A stretch of DNA of 62,710 bases, counting the filler, from Dugesia japonica (taxonomy: Eukaryota), in assembly GCA_001938525.1 (NCBI GenBank). It is 5 parts of 5 records of this genome, joined end to end, with 100 filler letters (N's around TTAATTAATTAA, not from the genome) between each part and the next. Parts side by side here need not be neighbours in the genome. Positions count along the whole stretch, not along the records: positions 1 to 17,294 come from MQRL01627260.1; positions 17,395 to 27,465 come from MQRL01613369.1; 3 more parts are not named here. One strand, 5' to 3'. The notes below the pieces were generated by a model. It saw nothing but the letters and a program-made list of their open reading frames with translations. It did no database searches and was not told the DNA's origin. Positions within the stretch are counted from its first letter, which is position 1, and every line of letters starts with the position of its first letter. The translations under genes and the position numbers were made by a program. This document shows, piece after piece, positions 13,701 through 27,060 of the stretch.

Positions 13701-16700
13701 TTTTAAATTAAATAGACCTTTATTAATGAAATGTAAGTTATTTTATAATTAATGAAGCTCTGGATTATATTGTTTATTAAAAATATATGTCAACAATGAA
13801 TAGTCATGTAAACAAAGTACAGCTAAGCCCTGGGCTTAAAAAATCTTGAAAATGTAGACTTTGAAATAATTTAAAATAAAATGAAATTTAATTATTTGAA
13901 TAAATACATTATTTCATTATGTATAAGTTAATTTATAAATGCTTTCATTTTTTGAAATGTATATTTTAATAGAACATTCAACATTCTTTTAACTAATGAA
14001 GCTCTTTAAAAATATGAAATTATTATAAGTTCTAAAGAACCTCAATAAGGAAATAAAGCACTGAGAGTAAAAATTGATCGGATAATAATACGCCGAAAAC
14101 AAGGATAAGGTATAGTAAGATACCTAATGCAAACTAGTATAGTTTAATCATGTTGGTTTATGTGCAAAAGAGTACATAATAAATATCAAATGAAATTGTT
14201 TTAATTAATTCACTCTATTTTATTTACACTAATTGCCCCATTTCGATTATTAATAATGGGTCATAAATATTAAGTAACCAAGAAAGTTCATTTGGTTTTT
14301 GTATATACAGAGTGGTGATATAAAATCAGAGATGGAAAACTTACAAACAATGCACAAAAATATAAATATTATTTATAAGCAACGTATCGAAAAATGATAC
14401 GCCTGTTCAAAATGGAACATAAATTTTTTTCATTTTTAAGAATCTTCCGTACAATCAAGCTTAAAAATTACTTCCAAAATCTAAACTTTTTTGAAATATA
14501 ATTGTTAAATGACAATTCTAGAAGTTTTCATAAACCTCTAGACTTAAAAATTAGTGCGAATTTTCCATAAGAACCAGGAAAAGTCTTTTCCCCGAATATT
14601 CTTTGAGTTACAAACTGCATATATAAACCATTTAGAACTTCGTTTGTTGTCATAAGTTAAATAATTAACAGTAGTTAAGGTATTTTGTGATAAAATTTTA
14701 TATTTTGTGCCATATAATTTTTCATCATTGATGAATTTTAAAATTTCGTGAATAAAGATTCAGTAATGTGATCAGACTTGGAAACAGATTTGAAGGTAAA
14801 TGTATCAGCAAAGAAGGTTGGAACCAGGAAGATTTGGAAACTATACAAAGATTAGTATTTCTGGACAGGGCTTAATTTTGCCCGGAACGGCGTTTCAGTT
14901 CTTTTTTAAAAAATATTACGTGAAAATTTTTCTTATTAGTTTTTGTTTTTCAATTCCTATTCCTTGCCTATCAGCGAAAAAAATAAAATATAATTTTTTT
15001 TGGTTATTTAAAAAAATTGTATTTTGCACATATTTCTTTTGCAATTTGAATATTTTAATAAAGAAATTCAAATTTATTCACATAGTAAGCTATATGTTTC
15101 AAAGGTAGTTAAGACACNNNNNNNNNNNNNNNNNNNNNNNNNNNNNNNNNNNNNNNNNNNNNNNNNNNNNNNNNNNNNNNNNNNNNNNNNNNNNNNNNNN
15201 NNNNNNNNNNNNNNNNNNNNNNNNNNNNNNNNNNNNNNNNNNNNNNNNNNNNNNNNNNNNNNNNNNNNNNNNNNNNNNNNNNNNNNNNTATTTTGATTAT
15301 TTTATAATGTTTCTTATGTTTTTTAAGTTTTCGCTGTTTCGTAAATATTTTATATTTGTAGTTTTCCATAGTATATTATAGTATTTTTTATATTAATATT
15401 TCATATTTAAAATAATTTCCTACATTTTAACGATTGACAGTGGAATTTGTACAAATTTAAATAAACTTTTTACAGCAATATCTACAATAGCAATTTCAAG
15501 TGCGGAATGTGAGCGAGAATTTTCAGCTATGAATTTAATAGTTACACNNNNNNNNNNNNNNNNNNNNNNNNNNNNNNNNNNNNNNNNNNNNNNNNNNNNN
15601 NNNNNNNNNNNNNNNNNNNNNNNNNATATGTTCGCAGCTAGCTGGCCAAAGGAAAACATAGTGCTCTAGACATTCAATCAAGATCTAGGAGTGTTAAAGT
15701 ATATGACGAAAATATGGAATTTATTAAAATGGTTTTTGTATAATAAATATTTAAACTGAAATTAACTCTAACTAGTAGAAGTCTTTAAAATTGTACTGTT
15801 GTATAAAAAATAAATATATTTGAAAACTTTATCGACAAGTATATGGATCAACACATTATAAACCAAACTACTTTTTAACAACAGCAAAATAAAATGAAAA
15901 CATTTTCCTGACTTTATTGGAGCGAGCTCCATATAAATAAGACCTAGACAAGTATGCACTGTTTATTCGAAGAACGAAATTGAATGAAAATCAATATACA
16001 AATGTGAATAATGCGATGTCAAGCTATTTGTTGAACTTGTTTTAAGCTTTGACATGATGAAAAAAACATGATGGAAATTACTAAATGTTGAATAAACCTT
16101 TTTGAATTTATTCAATTTTTTGTGAATCCTGTGAAAATTTTGAAAATTTTATCTTCAACCATGAAGGTTTTCACAACGTATGCCCTTCAAATATATGTTA
16201 TTCGTGTGCATACTTCCTAAAAATGTTAATTCAAAATTTATATCGGAAAGTAGTACGAACTTCATTGGGAATATTTGACGAAAACAGATTAAGTAATATC
16301 GCATTAAACGTTAATAGTTGTACTAAAATTATAGCAAATGACTAAAGGTTTCTTATTACGCAAGAAGATAGGCGAAGAAAACTGTTAATGCAACTAACAT
16401 TGGATATAGTTGACTTTAAAAATAAGTATGTTGGAAATACTATCGATTTTTAACTAGATTTAAAGAAAACATTTGCATTTAGTTAATAATTAGATTAAAT
16501 AAATAAATAAGTAAATCGACTTCATATTTCTAATTATTTAAAATAAAGACCAATTTTTAATTTATTTTTAAATATTTTGTCAATAATTTTACAAAAAATA
16601 TTTTTAGACAATATAAAATTCACTTGTGAATTTTGCAATAAAGGATTTTTTCAAAAAATTCACTATAATACCCATTTGGATTCCAAACATTCAAAAACTG

Positions 16701-17265
16701 AATTGGCAAATACTAGCAAACCATTTATTTGTTTATTTTGTAATCAGCAATTTCTTTTCCAAACTAGTCTACAGCAACATCTAAATCAATACTGCTTCAA
16801 AAAAGAAAGCAAGCTTATTATTACTGTTTTTCCTTAATTTTTAGTGTATAATTAGGGCGTTTTATGTGTAGATCATGTGGTAAATCTTTTATGTACCCAA
16901 GTGAATTGAAAAGGCATGAACAAGTTCATTTGAGTAAATACGACAGAATTTATTCGTGCCCCTATTGTAACAAATCATATAATCGACTGTATCAGTTTGT
17001 TGAACACTTATTCTTTCATAAAAATACTAGTGCTTTCAAGTGCCCAAAATGTGGTAAAATTTTACAGGAATTGTCTTATTTAAAAAAGCATTACAAACGT
17101 CATTTCATTAATTCAAATGATTTGAATTTTAGTGATAAAATCGATCCGGTTTTGACTAATGAAATAAGATTGGAAGACGAAGTAGTTAATGACAGTAATT
17201 TTTTAACTGTAGAGGATGCTGAGAGTGCAGCTTTAATAGATAGTTTTATTGAGGAGGTTTGTTAA
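10716..17265 (+). CDS. Multi-C2H2 zinc-finger protein; exons 10716-11202, 16608-16808, 16856-17265
   Basis: About 9 C2H2/C2HC fingers. A phase-1 GT-AG join restores HTDNIKFTCEFC across a 5.4-kb intron. The second intron is 47 bp and GC-AG. The gene ends in an acidic tail and TAA. Confidence 0.85.
11753..12176. mobile_element. MITE with 25-bp TIRs and TA target duplication (Tc1/mariner-pogo type)
   Basis: CAATAAGCGCTGCTTATTGTGATCA ... TGATCATAATAAGCGGCGCTTATTG, with TA on both sides. Confidence 0.85.
12409..12596. mobile_element. Small MITE with ~24-bp TIRs
   Basis: CTGGTGCAGAGATGACAGGAAGTT / AACTTCCTCTCATCTCAGCACCAG; possible ACT duplication. Confidence 0.7.
12781..13356. mobile_element. 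MITE with ~20-bp TIRs and TA duplication
   Basis: TA|CAAGTGAGTTTCGATTTTAC ... GTAAAATCGAAATTTACTTG|TA. Confidence 0.8.
13573..13607 (-). ncRNA. Minimal type I hammerhead ribozyme motif (G12>A, probably inactive) in a Penelope-like repeat copy
   Basis: AAUUC-CUGAAGA-A-GAC-AAA-GUC-AAAA-UAUA-GAAUU: perfect 5-bp stem I, 3-bp stem II, palindromic AUAU in place of stem III. Confidence 0.7.
14040..14250 (-). repeat. Inverted partial copy of the 11753-12176 MITE interior
   Basis: AAATATCAAATGAAATTGTTTTAATTAATTCACTC is the reverse complement of ~11920-11955, and the flanks also align. Confidence 0.8.
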
Positions 17266-17294
17266 ATTTATATTATATATATATATATATTATA

Positions 17295-17394
17295 NNNNNN
17301 NNNNNNNNNNNNNNNNNNNNNNNNNNNNNNNNNNNNNNTTAATTAATTAANNNNNNNNNNNNNNNNNNNNNNNNNNNNNNNNNNNNNNNNNNNN
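17295..17394. other. Artificial contig spacer
   Basis: N44-TTAATTAATTAA-N44, which has stops in all six frames. Confidence 0.95.
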
Positions 17395-18177
17395 GGCATT
17401 TTATCTTCGTGCAAAAACGCTTTATGTGTTCGGTCGATCCGCATCCGAAACATTTTCTTTTGCGTGTCGATGGGCAGTCTTTTCTTATATGCCCGGTTTA
17501 TTGCAACCATAACATAATATCTCATTTTGTTTGTTGTTCATGGGCCTTGAATTTCTGCTTGTGTGGTAATCCTCTCGTCGTTTGAACGTATTGTATTGTT
17601 GGTTATTGTTCATTAGGGCTGGGATTTGTAACTGGGACGCATTGTATTTATTGTTTTTATATCCTTAATTCTATCAAGGCTTTGTATCAACGTATTAATA
17701 CCGTCAGAATCTTCGATGTTCTGGATTGCCACATTTCTTTTAATTTCGCTGCTGTTACAACAATGCGTAAGAAGTTTTTTCCTTATCGTTGCATGTCATC
17801 AGTAACTCAACCATCTTGTCAATTTCTTCCACAAAGCTTTCAGCATCCTCGTCTTTTCGTCTGTATGACAATACGCTTCCGATATTTTTTACAAATGACT
17901 TTTCCTTGACGAATAAACGTCTTAGTCTATCTTAGTAACCCTTCCATCATCGGTTTTTTTCGAATCTTCTCCGCAATTTATCATCCATTAGACCCACAAT
18001 TACCAGTTCTCTGGTACTTTTGGATACTTTTGCTGCATCGAAATACTTTCGGCATTCGATTATAAACTTCTCAATGTCATCTCCTTTATGATGTTTTTTA
18101 GCTTGTACGAACAGGTCCTTTGTCACACTTGCGTAGAACGCCATGTTAGCCGCTGCTATACTTTCTGCAGTTTTCAT
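17395..18177 (-). pseudogene. Gypsy/Ty3 gag with CCHC zinc knuckles
   Basis: GDDIEKFIIECRKYF capsid-like start, then CYGCNKPG(H)IRKDC and CFGCGSTEHIKRFC across a frameshift. Confidence 0.8.
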
Positions 18178-19419
18178 CTATAAATATTTATTAATAAGTT
18201 ACAGTTAAGAATTATGAACAATTTATTCTAACAAAATAACAATATTAAAACAATTAATTGTTTTAATTATTTTTTTTTAATTGAAATATCTTCAATTATT
18301 ATTAAATAAATTTTTTATGAAACTTTTCATAAAATTTTTATGTATAATATTAAAACATCTTAACAATGTCAATCGAACATTAATTTCAACATTAGTAATT
18401 ACAAGATCTACACGTTCCAAGAGCAAAAGAACAAATTTTTTCTTCAACTACAATGACATCAAGAGACGATATATGACCAACAATTATGTTTAAACATTTA
18501 TAATGTATTTCTTAAATAATCGACAAATAATAATTTTTTGAATAGAGAAAATGTATTAAATAGATTCTGAGTTTCAACATTAGGTAAAAGTACTAATTTA
18601 TTATCAGTTGAACTATTATTACTAGTAATCTATCTAATAAATTAAGATAAACAAAGTTGTCATTCTCTAATTAAATATTTGATTTTATTATTAAACCTGG
18701 TAATATACAACTTTAAATTAAATATTTAAGAATTTTATTAATTTTTTTTTATTTATGCTGTGGGCTTTGAATTAATATAGTTGAAGCTAGTTCACTCGAC
18801 AAAGAAAACAAAATCTCTTAAATGATTATCGAACAAGAACAAAATTATTTCAGCATCTTATCTCAACAATTTAATTTTAGATAAGGTAAATAGTTTTAAC
18901 AATTTTTGGCTTATTAGTCTTAGAACCTTCAGACATTTTAATTGCTACACAAAAATTAAAATTTCTTTAGAATAGATGAAAGTTATCAATTTTAANATAA
19001 TCATTTAAATTTGAAATATTTTTAATTTTATTATTAATTGTCTTATATTTATGAAAAGACTCTTTGATTTTAATTATTGTTTAAAAATTAGGAAATGACT
19101 CAAAAAGTTTTCTTTTCTCGCCATTTGTGAGTATTAGTGACCATAAATCTTTTGTCCTTATCATTACATATATTGTTAATTTTAAATTTACAGAACTTTT
19201 TATTATATTAGAGAATTTAATATTACCTTCAGTATTTGACTGAATTAATTTGCGGATTTAGACTTCTGCATCAGAAGTTTCAGGGATAAAACAACTGCTT
19301 CGAAAACATCATTGAAACATTTTTTATTGCTGGTTATCCGAGCGCAGAAATTTGTGTTAAAAAACTTCATAAATAGAATTACTAATTAAAAAATTAAAAT
19401 CCTTACTCTCTAAATAATC

Positions 19420-19610
19420 TCGAAATCCAGATTTTACCATATCTGGGATGCTTTTCCTGACGAGAATCAACCTTTTTCTTTTCACACATTTCATGCATGA
19501 TTAAACATTTATCATGTCTTTCTTTAAAAAGCGACATGTTAGGGACGCAATTCTGAAGAACATGGTACATGGATTCTTCGTTTTTGCAATTACGACTGCA
19601 TTTCCATCTT
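19420..19610 (-). pseudogene. C-terminal CCHC/RH fragment of an RLE-type (R2/NeSL-like) non-LTR retrotransposon; related piece at ~20690-21030
   Basis: CSRNCKNEESMYHVLQNC...KERHD. The sequence TTCTTTTCACACATT(T/G)CATGCAT recurs at ~21000. Confidence 0.55.
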
Positions 19611-19799
19611 GCTGTGTAAAAAATCCTAAAGCACTTCTAAGAATAGATTTATTTATAGAGTTTTAATATGTCGGCGTATAAACTATACAATACTGCAACT
19701 ATGAGAATATGCAAAATATTCTTTCTATCAGATTCGTTGATAACATATATACATAGTACCTTTTATAGGTGTTTTTAGTCTTAACATAAATTTGTTTTC

Positions 19800-20522
19800 A
19801 ACATTCTATTTTAAGTATAATTTTATGACTACCTTTAAAGTGATTAATTGCCATTCTTACTCGCCCAAACAAGGTTTTATAAAACACTTAAGTCGTAGAA
19901 CTGTATTTCCATTCAACCATTCTAAACAATCTAGGATTGAAGGATTACATTTTAAGGGTTTATTAATTGCAACAAAACGTAAAGAATTTATCATTACAGA
20001 TTGTCTGACTTTACTCACCAATTCACGTCTTTGGATATCAGTTAACTTCGGTTGGAGGAAAAATGATTTCTTCAACTTTTTGCTCAGCATTCCATTATTT
20101 ATAAACAATGTAGCTATTTCATCTATTGACTTTTTAATTGAAAATACTTCATTGACCATCTTACTAACTGTAATTTCAAAATTTTGATATTTACCACTTT
20201 GCTTCTACATTTATTTGGACATGGTTAAAACTTTTCAACCAATGTTTTCTGTATTATGAATGATTCTTGAAACCAATGTTCACAAATTTTATTAGACAAT
20301 TTGTNNNNNNNCTTTATTTTTTTCTAATGACTCTAACTCTTTTGTAATTTGAAGCCACTCTCTAGCTGTATCTGATGATCCATCAAGAAAACGCCGTTTT
20401 GGTTTTAATAACTACTGAGTTGAAGATGGCAATTTTGAAGAAATGTTTCTTTTGCTTTTTTCTTTCGTTGCTATCGTATCCACTGTGACGTGGTCTCCAG
20501 TCAGAATACAAGATTTTTCCAT
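19800..20522 (-). pseudogene. gag-like remnant, paralog of 21960-22860
   Basis: FLDGSSDTAREWLQITKE and VNEVFSIKKSIDEIATLF..LQPKLTDIQRREL align with the second copy. Confidence 0.55.
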
Positions 20523-21199
20523 AATATTAATTAATTAAAATTCAAAAACATTTAGGGGTGCAATTTTGAAGAACATAACACATGAACTCCTCGCTATTGC
20601 AATTACATCTGCATTTTCATTTTTTTAATTTTGAATTGAGGAGCATTAACAGGAAGTGTGTTGCCTACGTTTTGAATAAAGATCGAGGTTAAAGTTCCTA
20701 AAGCAAATCTAAGTATAGATCTATTCTTCATATGTGAGAGTTTTTAAATGTCGGCTTCTAAGTTACTTCTAAAAGATTTATTTATGAAATAATTTTTATT
20801 CTTTGGGAGCTCAATTCTGTTTGGAATTGTCTATGTTTTTGATTTGATTTTCTTGAAATAGATTCAAATTTTCATAACTTTCGGTAACTGTTTTCTGTAA
20901 GTGGTTTTCACAATATTTAAAATTCATGAAAACTACAATCTGATTGATCAAATTTATAGAAACTACATCATTTTAATCAATCAGATGAGAATCAACATTC
21001 TTCTTTTCACACATTGCATGCATTTGAATTTAGAGTTTTTTTAAACAAATTAAATCTTTTATTTATTTTTTGAAAAAAGAATACTTTTTATTTTTATTAT
21101 AATTTTTAATATGAAAATTTGAAAATATTCCAATTATGTATAAAAAAATTACAATAGTATTTGATAAATTCGGGTATGTTCATAATACATTAAATTCCC

Positions 21200-21760
21200 A
21201 AAAACGTACAGAATTCTGTATATTGGAGATTGCACATTTTCTTAAAAATTTATCTATTGAACTCTTTGATACACCAATTTTCTGAAGGACCTACAGGTGG
21301 AATAGTTCCTAAAGATCCTATTTTACAGGTGTAAAATTCTACATAGTAACAAGGTTTTACTACTTGTATCTTGTTTTTTAAATTATCATATTTCATTTTA
21401 TTCCCTTGATCTGTTTTTAAGAAGCCTTTAACTGAGTCAATAGGGCATTTTTCATCAACCAGAAATAATCTTTTCTTTTCCGAATCAGTAACTATAATGA
21501 ACCAAAGAACAAGTACTATCAGTTACGATTATTAAATCAGAGGATATTAAATACTGATCAATTATTCCAATGCATCCATAATGACGCTTTATTCCTAGTG
21601 ATTTGTAGGAACATGTAACATTGTTTCATTGTGAGAATGACATCATCGACCTAATCTTTCATCAAAAGTAATGTCATTGGGTCGAGCATTTATTGAAAAT
21701 GTATTTGTGCGTGCTTTGTGTGTTTTTAGCCGCTTATTTACTTTCTGCAGTTTCCATCTA
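21200..21760 (-). mobile_element. Fragmented LTR-retroelement piece sharing its start with the 18177 gag
   Basis: The sequence CTTTCTGCAGTTT(T/C)CATCTATAAATATTTATTAATAAGTTA occurs at both ~18160 and ~21740. Confidence 0.55.
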
Positions 21761-21959
21761 TAAATATTTATTAATAAGTTAAGTAATTCTAGTGAAAAAT
21801 TTATATCTTTTTTTATTTGAAATTTCTTCAATTATTATTACNNNNNNNNNNNNNNNNNNNNNNNNNNNNNNNNNNNNNNNNNNNNNNNNNNNNNNNNNNN
21901 NNNNNNNNNNNNNNNNNNNNNNNNNNNNNNNNNNNNNNNNNNNNNNNNNNNNNNNNNNT

Positions 21960-22860
21960 ACTTTTGACAACTTTGAAGGCTCTATGGGTTGGGTATATTT
22001 CGCAACTGATGAATTCCTCTTATACGTTTTCATTATTGATCCATCTTTCTCTTCTAATCTTTCTTCCGTACACCATCGAGTATCGAGGAAAACTATTGTT
22101 TTGAGCCCATCCTTGGGTCTGAATTTCATTTGCACAATACTGATTCTCTTTGAAAACAATTGGTCGACTTCTTATACTTGAATCGTTTAGAGAATTCATT
22201 AATGGATAAGTTTTTGAAAACTTTGACTGATACTCATCTTTCTTCGCTGCATCTGCATAGCTATTTTTACCACATTAACAGAATATGTCGGCATCAATTT
22301 ATCCAAATTGTTAGCTAATTCTCGTCTTTGAATATCAATAAGTTCTGGTTGAAGAACAAAAGATTCTTTCAATTTTTCGCCTCTTTCACCATTAATTACA
22401 AATATTGTTGCAATTTCATCTAAAGTTTTTTTACTAGCAAAAACTTCATTTACTATTTTTCTTACCATTACGATTCAAAATTACGATATATTTCCGTTGG
22501 GTTTTTTTGATCTTCGACAAAAATGTTATTTTATCCACGATACCATTTTTCGCAGACTTCGTTTGTCAAAATTACATCTTCTTTGCATTTTCTACCCATA
22601 ATTCTTTCGTATCTCGTCTCATTAACATATCAAACGCGAATGATAGCTCCATTTGATTAAACGCAGCAAATTCTTTCGTCGTTTGAATCCATTCATCAGC
22701 CGCTTCTGATAAACCCTCGAAAAACTTGGTTTTGGTATAAGTAATTCTTGTATTGAAGATGACAGCTTTGCGAAATTTATTTGCGATCATCTTTTTCATA
22801 TTTCGTCAACACGCTTATTTTGGCATGGTTGTCAGTTAAAAGACTTGAAGTTTTCATAAT
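21960..22860 (-). pseudogene. Internally deleted LTR retroelement: gag-like region joined to an integrase-tail-like segment
   Basis: FFEGLSEAADEWIQTTKEF, VNEVFASKKTLDEIATIF, then RYSMVYGRK. Confidence 0.55.
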
Positions 22861-23229
22861 TATTTATCATAACAAAAACTATTTATTAATAATGAATTAT
22901 TTAAACAAATAATATCATTTAATTTTAANAAATTTAAATCTTAATATCAATATCAAATAAAATATTAATTATAAATAAAATAATAGAATTAAAATAATGT
23001 TTTATAAATCAAGTTAAAAAATATTCACTATTAAGGTAAAATATTCAAGTTCAAATATGATAATGTTCAGCAATAGAAATGTCTATGGAATATTTGATTC
23101 TTCTTGAAGAGTTTCTGATTTGGATTGGATTGATTGGAAGCTTCTGGGAATTCAAGGTTTCTGGTTGTGTAAATATGTTTTGGGTGTTTAACTTTGCTTG
23201 CATGTGGTGTGATGCTTTGCACTTTACAT

Positions 23230-23620
23230 ATGATAGTTTACATGTGATGTTTTGATATTTTGTATAGGATGTTTCCCAACCCAACAAATGCCTTCTGTTG
23301 CAATATATCACCAATAATACTGATATTTATTGTTCTCTGAATCTGGAACCATTCATACAGGATGTCATCAACTTGATATCCACTACGTATTATAAAACTC
23401 AATTGTTTTTCTTTTCTGTTTGGTATTCAAGTTTGACTTCAAAATGAAGTCTATAGATTTCATAAGATTATTTATACAGCCTAATGAAAGATTGTATTTT
23501 GATGAAAGAAAGCATTGAAAACAACCTTTATCTTTAATAAATAATTTTAACGATTTCTGTTTCTCTTCGATGCTTAAATCTTTTCTCTTTCGTTTTGGAT
23601 TTATATTTTTCATGTTCATA
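23230..23620 (-). pseudogene. Tigger-like transposase N-terminus (psq-type HTH + CENP-B HTH)
   Basis: KRKRKDLSIEEK..LSSKYNLSLGCINNLMK, and after a frameshift YEWFQIQR..IIGDILQQKA. Confidence 0.75.
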
Positions 23621-24069
23621 AAAGACAGTTTAAAATGAATATTTAAACACAAAATGGAGAAATTATTAATTTATTTTACACTAATTATTGCTCATTGTTC
23701 AAAATAAACAGTGTTATATTATAAAACTCAATTTTCCATGAAAACCATATGGTGTACTTTAATAACAAAGTCGTTTACCTTGGTGGTACTACAATCTTAT
23801 AAACGCTATTACGTTCAATGCTTATCAAATCATCTTCTACAAATTAATGATTCAAGTGTTTTCTGTAAATTGATTCGTTTAAGAATCTCTTTTTCTTCTC
23901 CAGAGAGGTATTTCTTCACTTTAATAAACAATTCGTTGCTCCCAAATTTGTTAATATAGCTATCCACATTGCCTGCAGAATCATCTAACACACTAAAATA
24001 TTTTACTTAAAACATCTTGACTTTATCATCCGTATGTTCGGTTTGACATTGAGAACCAAAGTTTATTTT

Positions 24070-24310
24070 CAATGGTTTACTCACTTTTTGCCGGTGTTCA
24101 GTCATCAATGTTCTGTTCACTGTGTATTGGTCTTCAGCCATCAATGGTTTTCCCGCTGTTTATTGATCTTCACTCTCACGTAATAGTCTTCGCTTTTCAC
24201 TGGCTTTTTTTATATCAATTATTTGTTTTCTCAATGTTTGCTGATCTTTGCTCTTCAAGGTTTTCTCGATCTTTGCAGGTCTTCACTCTCATTTACTGGC
24301 TTTCTTCTGC
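24070..24310. repeat. Degenerate 36-bp tandem repeat
   Basis: CAATG..(T)..CAC/CGC T.T.TA(T/C)TG.TCTTCA units start at ~24070, 24106 and 24142 and decay after that. Confidence 0.6.
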
Positions 24311-25246
24311 TATTTGATGGTCCTCATTATTAATTGGCGGTAAATATACTGTTTGATTAATGTTTTTCTACATTGGAATTCATAGTAAACCAAAATTTCA
24401 ACTTATAAATTTAAACTTTAATCCAAATAAATGCAAATATCGATTTTATACTTTATAACCAAGTATTTTGCAAATACTTTTTATCTATGATTGACAATTA
24501 ATGTGAAAGCATCAAATTATTGTTGTTAACACATCAAGCTATGAGAATTTATGTAATACACTGGGGGTTACTACAATTGTATTTACAATTGGGAGTTAAA
24601 ATTTCGAAAATTCATATACCAGTGAAGAGAATTATGTGATCCGATATTCAAGAGACATTTTTAAACATATTTTTGATTATTGTATATTAGAAGATTTTAG
24701 AATTGTATACATCAAAATTTTGATTAGATCAATTGATTAATTAATTTATTAACAGAGGTCTTTTTAAGTCATTATTGATTCTTTTTTAATTAATTATTTT
24801 GAGGAAAAGATTATAATTAATTACATAAATTTTTAATATAAACTTCTTCATAGAATAAATATTAATTTTGAAGATGAAAAATAACCAGTGGAGACACATG
24901 GTAAATGAATTCAGTAAGTATTTAAAATAGTTATTGAAATTAATTATTAAAAAAATTAAACAATAAATTTTAATTATTAATTAATTTAATTATTTTAATA
25001 AATTTATTTATTACAAAATGTAACTACAAATCTTTGAACTTGTACGATTATCAATATCAACAACACGATCAATGATACCTCTTCATTTCTATCAAATATA
25101 TAGAATTGCCTGGATAAATATGAAATAACAAATAATTAGAAATCAAAATAATTTATGGATCAAATAATTAATTCATTCATCGATGATAAATAATTAGTTG
25201 AACATGAACATGTCGATGAAAGATAAGCTTGATTAATTATACATTT

Positions 25247-26239
25247 ATGAATCTTACGGCACTGGATGTTAACGAAGGATGGCCAATGAAATCTCAGTTC
25301 TATTATAATAATAGTACAACAATCACCAATAATTATGACATGTTTAGTCGTGATCAACTTTCTAAAGACTATCATTATGAGTCTAATAATTCTCCCAGTA
25401 TGTTTAATAGTCCAGGTGAAAAAGAACCGATTTCCGAAGGATTTTATAATCAACATTCTCATTTAATCGACCATTCAAATGATGAATATTATATGAATGA
25501 AAGAAATTCTAGAAATCTTTCAACAAATCATTGTAAAAATGAATTCAACTTCTATCCAGTTGACACAAGTAATTCAAATTGTCCATTAAATTCTCAACAT
25601 TCGTCGTTTATAACAAATTACAATCTTTTTCCAATTTCAACAACTTCTCAACATTCAAGAAATTCTTCGATTAATGAGAAGAAATTTATTTCCGAAATTC
25701 ATATCAACATTAAAGAGCCTTTTCCCGGTGAAGTTGAACCAAAACCAAATCTCAGTTCAAGTGCAATATTTCCGAATGAATATGTTAGTTATAATAAAAT
25801 CCCAGAAAACAATAACCACCAAACTGGTTATCATATATCAAGTTTGGAGGCTTTTATTTCAAATCAAAATGAAATAGAAATTCCGACAAATTTTCGATCG
25901 AAAATCTCTGAAATTCGATCAAATTCTGGCAGTCCAAACAGAAAACGTGAATGTCATCATTCGGAAAAATTTATCTATCTCGGCTGTGATACACAACTGA
26001 CACCACAAATATTTGAAGAGAATAATGAAATCAATAGTTTTAATTCACAAACTGTATTTGAAAAAAATCTTGAAAGGCCTCTTTGTTTACATTCGAGAAA
26101 TTCTGATATCAATGATGATTTGAAATCATTCTCAACAAAATCCGTACAAACGTCAAAACAAATTGATTGTATATTCAAATCTACTTGTGACAGATCAATG
26201 ATAACTGATATCATTGATGCAAAACCATTAATAAAAGAG
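25247..26239 (+). CDS. Large N/S-rich low-complexity exon of an unidentified host gene
   Basis: About 330 open codons in very AT-rich DNA, ending at a strong donor GAG|GTAAGA. No recognisable domain. Confidence 0.65.
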
Positions 26240-26399
26240 GTAAGATTGTTTTTAGGGCTAGTTTCGTTCTGTCCCAACAATATTATTGCGTAATTTAAGT
26301 GTCTATGGTGAGAAAAATAATAAATCTAAATGAAATTTAAAGCTAGCGAAAAGTTAAGTCTATTTAAAAATTAATTTAGTTTATAAAGATGTTTCGTGC

Positions 26400-27060
26400 A
26401 TCACTAAAGAAACTTATGAATGTGCATGTCAAAGTTGGACTACATTATATCAGATATTTATTTCCGTTTTAATGTTCACCACAGAAATTCAATAGTTGGT
26501 GTGTTTGCATCAGTGTGTCAATATTAAAAAATTCCTCAGAAAGATTTACTGTCAAATGTTCAAATCCGAAATGTTTAGTGAGTTTATAATATGCTCTCCA
26601 TTGATCAGAATAAATCATTGTTCCAACTTCCACATATTTTTGTAATAAAGGTTGCAGCACATTTCTACGATTATCTTGGCAAATTTCAGGTATAAATTCA
26701 CCATCACAACATTGAACATGATTAGTTGCAATTTCTAATAATTAAAAAATCCGTGACCCTTCATCTATTCGTCTTTTATTATATTTTCTTTTTCTAATTT
26801 TTGTCTCTTCAAATTCGACAATAACACCATTACCACCAAGTTTTCTTTGTGCTTGTTATTTGTTGCACCAATCTATTGTCAATTTTCTGCGGAGGTTTCT
26901 CTTATTATTCGATCATAATTTGTGTCGCTGACTGAAAACATGGATGTTATAGTCATTACTATTCATTGAAATATTTGAAACCATGAATTTTTTGATGAAA
27001 GTTTTTTAATCTCATGCGTTCATTATTGCCATGTCTATCGATCAATTCTTAGCCACATTT
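26400..27060 (-). pseudogene. Merlin/IS1595 (ISXO2-like) transposase remnant
   Basis: LGGNGVIVEFEETKIRKRKYNKRR; GTMIYSDQWRAYYKL..FEHLTVNLS. Confidence 0.85.

Noticed and set aside
16100-16400. hAT dimerisation-domain remnant (ENRLSNIAL)
   Set aside because: Only a single short motif, too degraded to support.
24070-24310. 36-bp periodicity as a CRISPR array
   Set aside because: The units are contiguous and degenerate with no unique spacers, the context is eukaryotic, and there are no cas genes.
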